Positions 56,478 through 64,000 of a DNA stretch of 64,000 nucleotides are shown one piece after another (the stretch's first letter is position 1; each line of letters opens with the position of its first letter). Origin of the DNA: Planctomycetota bacterium (GTDB lineage: Bacteria; Planctomycetota; B15-G4; SIAN01); NCBI GenBank assembly GCA_028289345.1, contig JANQQL010000005.1:291012-355011 (forward strand). Direction: 5' to 3'. A model generated the notes under the pieces. It saw only the letters and a list, made by a program, of their open reading frames with translations. It did no database searches and was not told where the DNA came from. The position numbers and the translations under genes were made by a program.

Positions 56478-57163
56478 GGCCGAGTCAATCGATAACCGAA
56501 GCCGACGACAGTATGCACGTAGTGATCTTGGACTCCTGCAGCGGCGAGCTTGCGGCGCAAGTTGCCGACGTGCGCATCCACGGTTCTTAGATTTCCGTCA
56601 AAGCGCCGGCTCATCCCGTCCACCAGTTGGTCTCGACTGAAGACGCGGAGGGGCTGCCTCATCAAGGACTCGAGGATCCGAAACTCGGTTGCCGTGAGTG
56701 GAACCGGTCGACCCGCCACCCGCAACGATCGGGAATCCAGGTCCATTTCGAGTTCACCGACCCTCCAAGACCGGGAATCGACCACGGGCCGCACACGCCT
56801 CCACAGGGCTTGCACCCTTCGGACGACCTCCCGAGGACTGAACGGCTTGCAAACGTAATCATCCGCTCCCAAGTCAAACCCTTGAATGCGATCCTCTTCC
56901 AGGGTTCTCGCACTGAGGAGAAGAATCGGCACCCGGGACGTTTCGCGGAGCCGTCGACAGACGGTCCACCCATCCATGCCCGGCAACATCAAATCTAACA
57001 GCACCACATCGGGGCATCGTCGAGTCGCAAGGTCTAGGCCGTCATCACCTCGACGCGCCTCCAAAACTTCAAAGCCCTTTTCTTCCAGATACAAACGCAG
57101 CACACGGCGAGTCTCGCAGTGGTCCTCAACCAAGAGAACTCGGGGAGCGGGGGCATTCTTCAT
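56474..57163 (-). CDS. OmpR-family response regulator (REC + winged helix)
   Basis: VLLVEDHCETRRVL...VVLLDLMLPGMDG...; C-terminal wHTH (TATEFRILESLMRQPLRVFSRDQL). 4-nt overlap with the downstream HK gene. Confidence 0.9.
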   Translation of the reverse strand: MKNAPAPRVLLVEDHCETRRVLRLYLEEKGFEVLEARRGDDGLDLATRRCPDVVLLDLMLPGMDGWTVCRRLRETSRVPILLLSARTLEEDRIQGFDLGADDYVCKPFSPREVVRRVQALWRRVRPVVDSRSWRVGELEMDLDSRSLRVAGRPVPLTATEFRILESLMRQPLRVFSRDQLVDGMSRRFDGNLRTVDAHVGNLRRKLAAAGVQDHYVHTVVGFGYRLTRP

Positions 57164-57208
57164 GACAAATTGGGTACGGACCTCCTGGCTCTGCGTTGGA
57201 GGAAGGGA

Positions 57209-58735
57209 TTACTCGGGAAGAAAAGCGATCCGTCGTCGAGAGTAGTCGAACACCAGGTCATACAGTCGTAGCAGCCCCCCTCCAATCAATCCGGTCGTCG
57301 CCGGATCGTCCTCGCCGTCGTCCCCGAGTCCAAAGACCGTCGGAGAATCGCGAAAGCCATCGCCGGCGACCTCAAACCAGTCGAGGGGCGCCACCGTGTG
57401 GGTGAAGCTGCCCCCCGCCCCCTCGCTTGTCGTCCCCTTCACTTGGCGCTCCGCGAGCAGGCCAAGCCTCCGAGTCGCTCCCGCGAAGAAGAACACCGGC
57501 ATCCCGGCCGCACCCGTATCGACCATGAACAAGCCCTCTCGATCGCCGGTGAAGCGCGCCTTGATCCAGGGGACGTGTTGATGGAGCCACAGTCGCTCCC
57601 AATCGAGCCCCTCTCGCGAGTATTCGTCGAAGTCGTAGAGGGCGACTTTGCCTTCCCGTGGATCGAGTTCGACCAAGCAGCGAATGAGCACGTCCCAACC
57701 AATCACACCAACGACCTCTTCCATGTCGCGGTCGAATGGCTCGCGATCAGGAGTCTCGGTCAACCAGAAGTTTTCGATGGAGAGAGGCCCCAGCTGAAAT
57801 GTCGACGCTTGGCGAAACCTGGTCTCGGTCACCTCTCCGCCAAGTCCTGTGAAGCCCGTCTTCCCTGCCGCCGTCAGCTTCAAACGCTCCGCCACGGAAG
57901 CCGACAGACCGGTAAACCCGGCGCCCGTGTCGAACAAGAACAGGCCGACGTCCTCTCCGTTGATCAAGGGGCGCACATAGAGGCGCTTGGAACGAGACAT
58001 CACCACCTCGACCGAGGGATCCATCACCGGATCGACGAAGCTGTCATCGAGGGGTGCGGGCATGTCAAGGGACAACGACTTCCATTCGGTGATCTCGGCG
58101 GAGCCGGAGGAAAGTTCATAGCCATGGCCGGCGGAAAGCTGGGAGCGAATGGAAGTGGCAATGGTCACACCGTCAACGACCACGTAGTCGGCATACTCCA
58201 CCACGAGCTCCCCCGTCCCATCGGGGATACGCAACCTCCGCGGCAAAAAGTCGGTCGGATCGAGTTCGACTCGGACCACAAGACTTCCGTTCTCACAGCG
58301 AACAGTGACGATCTTGGCAAGGTCTCCCGGAGAGGAGACTTCGAGATGGACCGGAGCTTCGGGATGGAGCCAGTACCCGGAGTGCACCCAGGCCCGAAGC
58401 AGCAAAGACTCTTTCCCCGAAAGCTGCACCGGGTATGGCCCGGAGCGAAAGTCTCTCTGCCACACTTCTGACCCGTCGAAAACCGTTTCCAGCGACAGCG
58501 GGGCGCGGCACATCGCGCGAAATGTGCCGTCAGAGCCATGCATGAACAGAAACTCTGCTTTCTCCCCTTGGGACACGCCATGCCCAGTGACTTGCAGCAC
58601 CCTGTCAGACGATAGGGAAGAGAACCCGCTACTTTCGCGGGCTCGGGAAACCAGGACCTCGGAATCGGCAAGGGCTGCGGAGGCCCATCCCAACAAAAGC
58701 CACGGCAAGCAGAGGGAAATCTTTCGAAGTCTCAT
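57209..58735 (-). CDS. secreted protein with two retropepsin-like aspartyl protease domains
   Basis: Signal peptide MRLRKISLCLPWLLLGWASAALA; two D-T-G-A active-site motifs (LFLFDTGAGFTGLS ; LFMVDTGAAGMPVFF). Confidence 0.6.
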   Translation of the reverse strand: MRLRKISLCLPWLLLGWASAALADSEVLVSRARESSGFSSLSSDRVLQVTGHGVSQGEKAEFLFMHGSDGTFRAMCRAPLSLETVFDGSEVWQRDFRSGPYPVQLSGKESLLLRAWVHSGYWLHPEAPVHLEVSSPGDLAKIVTVRCENGSLVVRVELDPTDFLPRRLRIPDGTGELVVEYADYVVVDGVTIATSIRSQLSAGHGYELSSGSAEITEWKSLSLDMPAPLDDSFVDPVMDPSVEVVMSRSKRLYVRPLINGEDVGLFLFDTGAGFTGLSASVAERLKLTAAGKTGFTGLGGEVTETRFRQASTFQLGPLSIENFWLTETPDREPFDRDMEEVVGVIGWDVLIRCLVELDPREGKVALYDFDEYSREGLDWERLWLHQHVPWIKARFTGDREGLFMVDTGAAGMPVFFFAGATRRLGLLAERQVKGTTSEGAGGSFTHTVAPLDWFEVAGDGFRDSPTVFGLGDDGEDDPATTGLIGGGLLRLYDLVFDYSRRRIAFLPE

Positions 58736-58895
58736 TGTTCTCTCCGGTTCGGGATATCCACGGCAGCAGCCGTCCTAACCCACCGGTTCGAAGATCCTTC
58801 GAAGACCTTTCGGGACACCAGAATTCGTTGCGGGTAGACCCCGGGGACATCAGCAAGAAACGCGCCGCAGGGTTGACAAGCGAGAATCGCGGCAA

Positions 58896-59120
58896 TCACC
58901 GACCGCGAGCGGCACCATCCTCCGGACGACACTCCCCGGACTTCGACTCGCCCTCAACCACGTATCCTTCACATTGAACCACTGGCTGGTGCGGGTAGCG
59001 AGAGTACTTCGGGTCCGTCCGCGAGGCCTGGCACAACAGGAATCGTGACCCCGTCCCGGACACCACCTCCTGCTTGTGCGCGCAGCTCTCGCAAAGGCTG
59101 GAGCGAAATCCGAAGTTCAT
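58896..59120 (-). CDS. small Cys-rich protein (CxxC...C...C), hypothetical; translationally coupled to the upstream CPXCG gene
   Basis: MNFGFRSSLCESCAHKQEV...FLLCQ...VVQCEGYV; the start ATG overlaps the upstream stop (ATGA at 59120-59117 on the reverse strand). Confidence 0.4.
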   Translation of the reverse strand: MNFGFRSSLCESCAHKQEVVSGTGSRFLLCQASRTDPKYSRYPHQPVVQCEGYVVEGESKSGECRPEDGAARGR

Positions 59121-59299
59121 TCCAGCTCCGCCCAGACGCGGGGTCCGTGGGCTTCGTCCATGGCGACATGCACCACATGGGCCCGACAGCACACGGGGCA
59201 GTCTTCGACGTACTCCTGCTCGTTGCCCGCGGAGAGATCGAGGGGAATCACGATCTCCTCTCCGCAAGACTCACAAACGTAGCTGGCTTCGTCGTTCAT
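59117..59299 (-). CDS. CPXCG-motif zinc-ribbon small protein
   Basis: MNDEASYVCESCGEEIVIPLDLSAGNEQEYVEDCPVCCRAHVVHV; two Cys pairs (CESCG ... CPVCC). Confidence 0.55.
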   Translation of the reverse strand: MNDEASYVCESCGEEIVIPLDLSAGNEQEYVEDCPVCCRAHVVHVAMDEAHGPRVWAELE

Positions 59300-59330
59300 C
59301 AGCGCAACGTCAAATCCGCGAGGGCCCGGC

Positions 59331-59774
59331 TCACTTTTCATAGAGCTCGATGGTGTTGCCATCGGGATCGCGGCAGGCACCGTGCACTCGACCCTCTTGG
59401 TCCGACAGCTCCCCTTCCTGGCGCCCGCCCAAAGAGGTGGCCAGGTCGATCACATCCTGGACGTCCTCGACCACGATGCCGAGCTGATGGGATGGAAAGT
59501 CCTCGAAATCCACTTCCTTGCGCAGCGGAACGAACTTCAGGGTCAGATCCCCAAGTTCTCCGAATCGCGACTCGAGGCCGAAGGTGTCGACTTCTCGGAA
59601 TGAAACCCCGAAGGCCTGGGAGTAGAAATTCACCATCGCGTCCATTCGATGCACGCGGAAGGCGACGGTCGTGACCTCCGAAACACTTGCCTCCGGCTTC
59701 TCCCCGTCCGCCCTCGACTGGTACGCCAAGAACAGGACAGCAACGAGCGTGGGAAGGAGTAGCGCTTTGCCCAT
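59331..59774 (-). CDS. VOC-family (glyoxalase/bleomycin-resistance fold) protein with signal peptide
   Basis: MGKALLLPTLVAVLFLAYQSRA; ...AFRVHRMDAMVNFYSQAFGVSF...GIVVEDVQDVIDLATSLGG...RDPDGNTIELYE. Confidence 0.7.
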   Translation of the reverse strand: MGKALLLPTLVAVLFLAYQSRADGEKPEASVSEVTTVAFRVHRMDAMVNFYSQAFGVSFREVDTFGLESRFGELGDLTLKFVPLRKEVDFEDFPSHQLGIVVEDVQDVIDLATSLGGRQEGELSDQEGRVHGACRDPDGNTIELYEK

Positions 59775-60020
59775 GATCTCTCTCCACAAGACTTCGATGA
59801 CACGAACGGGCCTGGAAAACCCACCAGGGCTCCACCGACGTTCCCCGAGGACTTCGAAGCCGGTGGAATCTCTCGGGGTCCGTTTCGACGAAGTCCTTCG
59901 CCTGCGGCTTTTCCCGGGACCTCGAAGCAACGATGATAGCGGCGCGACGAGACGCGAGGAGCAGGGCACGGCAATCCCACGGCCGGTGCGCTTGTCGAAC
60001 GCGTACCCTTGTGAGAGTCC

Positions 60021-61091
60021 TTGTCGATGACCGGACTCCACGCCGACCCCCTTTCTGGCAGCCAAAGAATGGAACTCTCCCGCCCCACCATGTCCTGCAC
60101 GCCTCCGGTCTGGGCCCGGGGAGGGCACTCCCAGACGCTCCTCGGTCACCTCCTGCCAAGCTCGACCCCGCAGCTGCGATCCGTCCCTCAGCAACTGCAC
60201 CGAATCCGCTTGCCGGACGGGGACTCGCTCGTCGCCTGGCACTGCCGCGGAAAGAGCAACGTACAAGTGCTGCTGCTTCACGGATTGGGTGGTGACGCGC
60301 GGTCGGACTACATCCGCCGCACGGCGGATGCCTGCCTGCAAGAAGGACACTCGGTCCTGGCTCTGAATCATCGCGGCTGCGGAGCCGGACACGGGCTGGC
60401 CCGCGGCGCCTATCACTCGGGCCGTGCCGACGACGTTTCGGCCGCGCTCGCATTCGGCCGACAGCTCGAACCCGAATCCCGTCAGCTGGCCATCGGCTTC
60501 TCGTTGAGTGGCAACGCGGTTTTGCTGCTGCTCGGCAAGCACATGCAACCGGCACCCGACTTCGCCATCGCGGTCAATCCTCCCATCGACCTGGCTCGTT
60601 GCTCCGAACGCATCTCTTGGTGGAGCAACCGAATGTATGACCTACGCTTCGTCTACCGATGCCGGCGCGCTTTGGAAGAACGAGTGAGCGCGGGGTTGGT
60701 TAAGCCCGGCACTCGAATTCCGCCGCTCGCCACTTTGCGCGATGTCGACGAACTCTACACGGCTCCGGCTGGTGGCTTTGCCGACGCCAACGACTACTAT
60801 CGCCGCTGTTCCGCCAAACCCCTTCTCTCGAAGATCAACACTCCAACGGTCATCCTCACCGCAAAAGACGACCCCTTCGTGCCCGTCGAAGATTTCGAAA
60901 CCGCCGATCTCTCCAGCCAGGTGTTTCTGCACATGGAGCCAACCGGGGGTCATATGGGCTACCTGTCGAAACACTCCACCCCTCTCGGCACCCGGCGCTG
61001 GTTGGACTACGCGCTGATCTCGTACGTTCGACAACTGGTCGCTCAAGAGTCCCCCCAGGAATTGGCGGCCGCAGCGGCAGCGGGCTCGTAG
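60021..61091 (+). CDS. alpha/beta-fold hydrolase (YheT-like)
   Basis: VLLLHGLGGDARSDY...; nucleophile elbow AIGFSLSGNAV; the C-terminal part carries the Asp and His positions. Confidence 0.8.
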   Translation: MSMTGLHADPLSGSQRMELSRPTMSCTPPVWARGGHSQTLLGHLLPSSTPQLRSVPQQLHRIRLPDGDSLVAWHCRGKSNVQVLLLHGLGGDARSDYIRRTADACLQEGHSVLALNHRGCGAGHGLARGAYHSGRADDVSAALAFGRQLEPESRQLAIGFSLSGNAVLLLLGKHMQPAPDFAIAVNPPIDLARCSERISWWSNRMYDLRFVYRCRRALEERVSAGLVKPGTRIPPLATLRDVDELYTAPAGGFADANDYYRRCSAKPLLSKINTPTVILTAKDDPFVPVEDFETADLSSQVFLHMEPTGGHMGYLSKHSTPLGTRRWLDYALISYVRQLVAQESPQELAAAAAAGS

Positions 61092-61096
61092 CCGCC

Positions 61097-62053
61097 ATGC
61101 GAATCGCCAGCCTGCTTCCTTCCGCAACAGAGATGGTCTGCGCCGTCGGAGCACGCGATCATCTGGTGGGTGTGTCCCACGAGTGCGACTTTCCACCCGG
61201 ATTGGATGGCGTTCCGTCCCTGACCCGACCGCGCTCAACCATGCCCCAAGGAAGTGGCGCGATCGATCAGGCGGTGCGAGAGATCCTGAAGAACGCCGTG
61301 TCCGTGTACGAGGTCGACGTGGACCGCTTGCGGGCTGCAAAGCCGGACCTCATCGTCACCCAAACTCTTTGCGAGGTGTGTGCCGTCTCGACCCATGACG
61401 TGCAGCGAGCGTTGCGGGAACTGGCAGGAGAAGACGTCGCCGTGGTGAGCCTCGAACCCACTCGACTCGCCGACGTCTGGCAAGACCTGCGGCGCGTGGG
61501 AGAAGCCACCGACCGCCTCGAGGCCGGAAACGCGGCGGCGGAGCAGCTCGAGGAACGAGTGGCCCACATCGGACGCCGATCCCAAGCAACCAACCCGGGC
61601 CGTCCGGGAGTGCTGACGATCGAGTGGCTCGACCCGGTGATGATTGGGGGCCTTTGGATGCCCGAACTCGTGGAACTGGCAGGCGGCAGCCCTTTGGTCA
61701 CCGAGACCGGACAACACGCGCCGACCCTCGACCGCGAGGCGCTGGAATCGCTGGACCCCGAGGTCGTCCTGATCAAACCCTGTGGTTACTCCCTGGACCA
61801 AACTCAGCGGGAGCTCCCGCTGCTACGTGCCGCGTTGCCGCCCCACTGGCGCGCCGTGACCGAAGGCCACGTCTTTCTCACCGACGGCAACGCCTACTTC
61901 AATCGCCCGGGACCGCGACTCGTGGAGTCTCTCGAAATCCTCGCGGCATGCGTGCACCCAGACGCCTTTCCCGACCTCGTCGATCGCCACCGCGAGGCAC
62001 TGCGGGTCCTGGATCCTCAAGGCCAGATCCAAGACTTTCCCCCTCCCCGCTGA
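61097..62053 (+). CDS. periplasmic substrate-binding protein, cobalamin/siderophore (BtuF-like, class III) family
   Basis: MRIASLLPSATEMVCAVGARDHLVGVSHECDFPP...PDLIVTQTLCEVC...VVLIKPCGY pattern of B12-binding PBPs. No permease or ATPase adjacent. Confidence 0.7.
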   Translation: MRIASLLPSATEMVCAVGARDHLVGVSHECDFPPGLDGVPSLTRPRSTMPQGSGAIDQAVREILKNAVSVYEVDVDRLRAAKPDLIVTQTLCEVCAVSTHDVQRALRELAGEDVAVVSLEPTRLADVWQDLRRVGEATDRLEAGNAAAEQLEERVAHIGRRSQATNPGRPGVLTIEWLDPVMIGGLWMPELVELAGGSPLVTETGQHAPTLDREALESLDPEVVLIKPCGYSLDQTQRELPLLRAALPPHWRAVTEGHVFLTDGNAYFNRPGPRLVESLEILAACVHPDAFPDLVDRHREALRVLDPQGQIQDFPPPR

Positions 62054-62068
62054 GAACCCGCGGGCCGG

Positions 62069-62782
62069 TTACTTTCCGGCGGGGGTTTCGTTTTCCTCCT
62101 GGCAATCCCCGGCACGCAGAGCGCCCAGTTTGCTCCAGACTTCGTGATCGAATGGTTGTGGGGACAACAACACGAACCAAGCCGTCCGATCCGAGTCCGA
62201 ACAAAGCCAACTCGCCGCTTTCCAGTTCAGCTTGACCGGCTTCTGAGTGACGAACGGGTCGACCCAGTCCACGACCCCGTGATAGTGGCGCGCATCCTCT
62301 CCGGATTCCGGGACCCACGCGCCGCGGCGATCGGGGAGATCCTCGACGGCGTCCACTTCTTCCAACGCGACCGAGACCTCCGCTTCCCCGCTGGCCTCCT
62401 TCTCGGCAACCGCCTGGTACAACCCCGCGAAGTAGTCGATCAGGTCTTCGCGCAGGCTCTCCGGTTCGAGCTCGGGACTCTCGTCCAACCACCAGACGAA
62501 AGCGTAGGTGAAGTACATCTCCGAGTCGGCGTCGTACATGCCCGGGGAGAACCGCAGCTCTTCTCGTCCGCGGTAGGGAATCTCTGGGGCGAAGCCAAGC
62601 GGGAACGGAATGACTTCTGGTCGCCAGTCCTCGGGCGCTTCCTGGAACAGGGTCGCAGGAGCGGCCACTTCCTCGGCCTTTTCCTGCGCCGCCATCAAGC
62701 TCGACCAGCAGTAGGTCCACAAAATCCATGAGGTCATCGAGACACGCTCCTCGGGGGAGACGAAAATTCCTCCATTGGCCAT
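62069..62782 (-). CDS. hypothetical acidic protein (probable start MTSWILW at 62737)
   Basis: ORF with non-biased, Asp/Glu/Trp-rich composition; no family recognised. Confidence 0.45.
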   Translation of the reverse strand: MANGGIFVSPEERVSMTSWILWTYCWSSLMAAQEKAEEVAAPATLFQEAPEDWRPEVIPFPLGFAPEIPYRGREELRFSPGMYDADSEMYFTYAFVWWLDESPELEPESLREDLIDYFAGLYQAVAEKEASGEAEVSVALEEVDAVEDLPDRRGAWVPESGEDARHYHGVVDWVDPFVTQKPVKLNWKAASWLCSDSDRTAWFVLLSPQPFDHEVWSKLGALRAGDCQEENETPAGK

Positions 62783-62897
62783 CCGAGGCCTATTTCAACG
62801 GCCGACTAGTGTATCTTCCGAGAGTCGATCCTCCGATGTCACCCGACTTTTCCGAACTGCTTCCCCGACCGCTCGAGACTCGCCGGACCATGGCTTC

Positions 62898-64000
62898 ATG
62901 AAAACCGAAGGAGGAGAACCCTCCCCAGTCGACCGGTCCGCGGATCCGCTCCTCGACTACGCGCGGCTGGAGCGATCATTGCGGGATCTGACCGACAGCA
63001 ATGTCCTGGGCGGAGCCGAGGGTCACTACGCCGAGGCGCAGCAAGCGGCGCAGAGCCTGTTCCACAATCCGGCTGTCTGCGGCAACCGCGCTCTCGAAAC
63101 TCCGTTGGCGGCCACTCTCGATCACATCGAGAGCGAGGCGCGCGAGTTGTTCGACGTCGCGACAGAAGAAGCCGAAGGAACGGGGGCACGGCTCATTCAC
63201 TTGCGATTCTGCTCGCGTCTCCTGCGTCGTTTGACGCGAGTGGTGTCGGGCCGCACGCTGCGCGACGAGACCCCGTTCCTCCTGGCCGAGATCCAGAATC
63301 TCGAAAGCACTTTGCCCGGCGCGGAGGACCAGGAAGAAGAAACCGCGGTCACCAAAGACGACTTACAAGATCGGGGCACTCGGCTGCGACTTCAGGTCAT
63401 GAACGGGGCAGTGGAGCGCAAGCTTCGCGAAGCTCGCCGCATCCAGCAGGTCACCCTGGCCTCGGCTCCGGCGGCCTATCGAGTCGCCTGCCGGCTGCGG
63501 GTCACGCGCCACAAGATCGACACCCAGAAGCGCTCTGCTTCCGACGAAACCATCGCCCAGATCGATCCGGTGCTGGGGGAACTGGATTCCGAACGACGGC
63601 GCCTGGAACACCTTGCCTTTTCCCAAATCGAAGCTGGCGCACCCCAAGAGACCCTACGTGCGCTGGTCGAGATGGCGCGGCCACTCATTCGGGAACTCGA
63701 TGAAGCACGGATCGCGTCCTTCGAAACTCGTGAGGTCGCAGAGCTGGAGTTCCTCTCCCAGCTCGCGGACGAGGGCCATCGCCTTCGCTTGACATTGAAA
63801 GCGTGGCGCAAAAAAGCTGCGGGCGACAAAACCGGGGATGACCAATCCGATCTCGCCACCGAAGCACGACGAGTGCATCGGCGGCTGCGCCGGCACACTC
63901 GCAGAGTCCGCAACCTGGTCTCGGACCGAACCTTGGCCCGGCGCCTGGATCGCCTGTTCGGACCGCGCATGGTGCGTTGGTGGGAGTCGTTCGTCTTTTG
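62898..64000 (+). CDS. hypothetical alpha-helical, Arg/His-rich protein, 3'-partial (possibly CHAD-like)
   Basis: Manual translation from ATG 62898 stays open to the window end: MKTEGGEPSPVDRSADPLLDYARLERSLRDL...VHRRLRRHTRRVRNLVSDRTLARRLDRLFGPRMVRWWESFVF. Absent from the ORF track because there is no stop in the window. The family call is weak. Confidence 0.4.
   Translation, partial: MKTEGGEPSPVDRSADPLLDYARLERSLRDLTDSNVLGGAEGHYAEAQQAAQSLFHNPAVCGNRALETPLAATLDHIESEARELFDVATEEAEGTGARLIHLRFCSRLLRRLTRVVSGRTLRDETPFLLAEIQNLESTLPGAEDQEEETAVTKDDLQDRGTRLRLQVMNGAVERKLREARRIQQVTLASAPAAYRVACRLRVTRHKIDTQKRSASDETIAQIDPVLGELDSERRRLEHLAFSQIEAGAPQETLRALVEMARPLIRELDEARIASFETREVAELEFLSQLADEGHRLRLTLKAWRKKAAGDKTGDDQSDLATEARRVHRRLRRHTRRVRNLVSDRTLARRLDRLFGPRMVRWWESFVF

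Noticed and set aside
1-64000. tRNA, rRNA, CRISPR arrays, IS elements, integrases
   Set aside because: I scanned the intergenic regions by eye (for example GGTTCGAATCC-type T-arms and regular direct-repeat spacing) and all ORF translations (DDE/transposase, tyrosine recombinase motifs). None were found.

Overview
The window is high-GC (about 63-68%, counted on a few 60-nt lines only), gene-dense and protein-coding only. No rRNA, tRNA, CRISPR array, transposase or integrase was seen. The content (arylsulfatase with a CxPxR motif, two ECF sigma/anti-sigma pairs, a 1306-aa beta-strand-repeat secreted protein, DUF1579/DUF1801-type small proteins, many secreted or lipoproteins) is typical of a Planctomycetota-like chromosome; this is an inference. 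Recognisable genes include gltX, three two-component systems plus a PAS histidine kinase, a sigma-54 activator, ugd, a Usp/FtsH/CBS stress cluster, a flotillin-NfeD operon, an L,D-transpeptidase, a PhyH dioxygenase and an AraC regulator. Many adjacent genes are translationally coupled through ATGA/GTGA/TGATG stop-start overlaps. The most interesting locus is a low-GC island at about 34.9-39.5 kb (about 43-57% GC on sampled lines). It holds a 1072-aa LRR-Roc-COR protein with a C-terminal TIR domain (a ROCO-TIR architecture). A Endonuclease_NS nuclease carrying a DRGH motif and a C-terminal lamin-tail domain lies 7 bp away on the opposite strand, stop-to-stop. A small SLOG/LOG-like (TIGR00725-type) protein lies immediately upstream. 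I read this as a candidate TIR-signalling immune or conflict module that, to my knowledge, is undescribed. Secondary points of interest are an ECF sigma - ZAS anti-sigma - TPR-CHAT protease operon, an ECF/ChrR pair upstream of the giant repeat protein, a frameshifted FG-GAP pseudogene, and small Cys-rich coupled ORFs. All domain calls are by-eye motif recognition and need HMM or structure confirmation.
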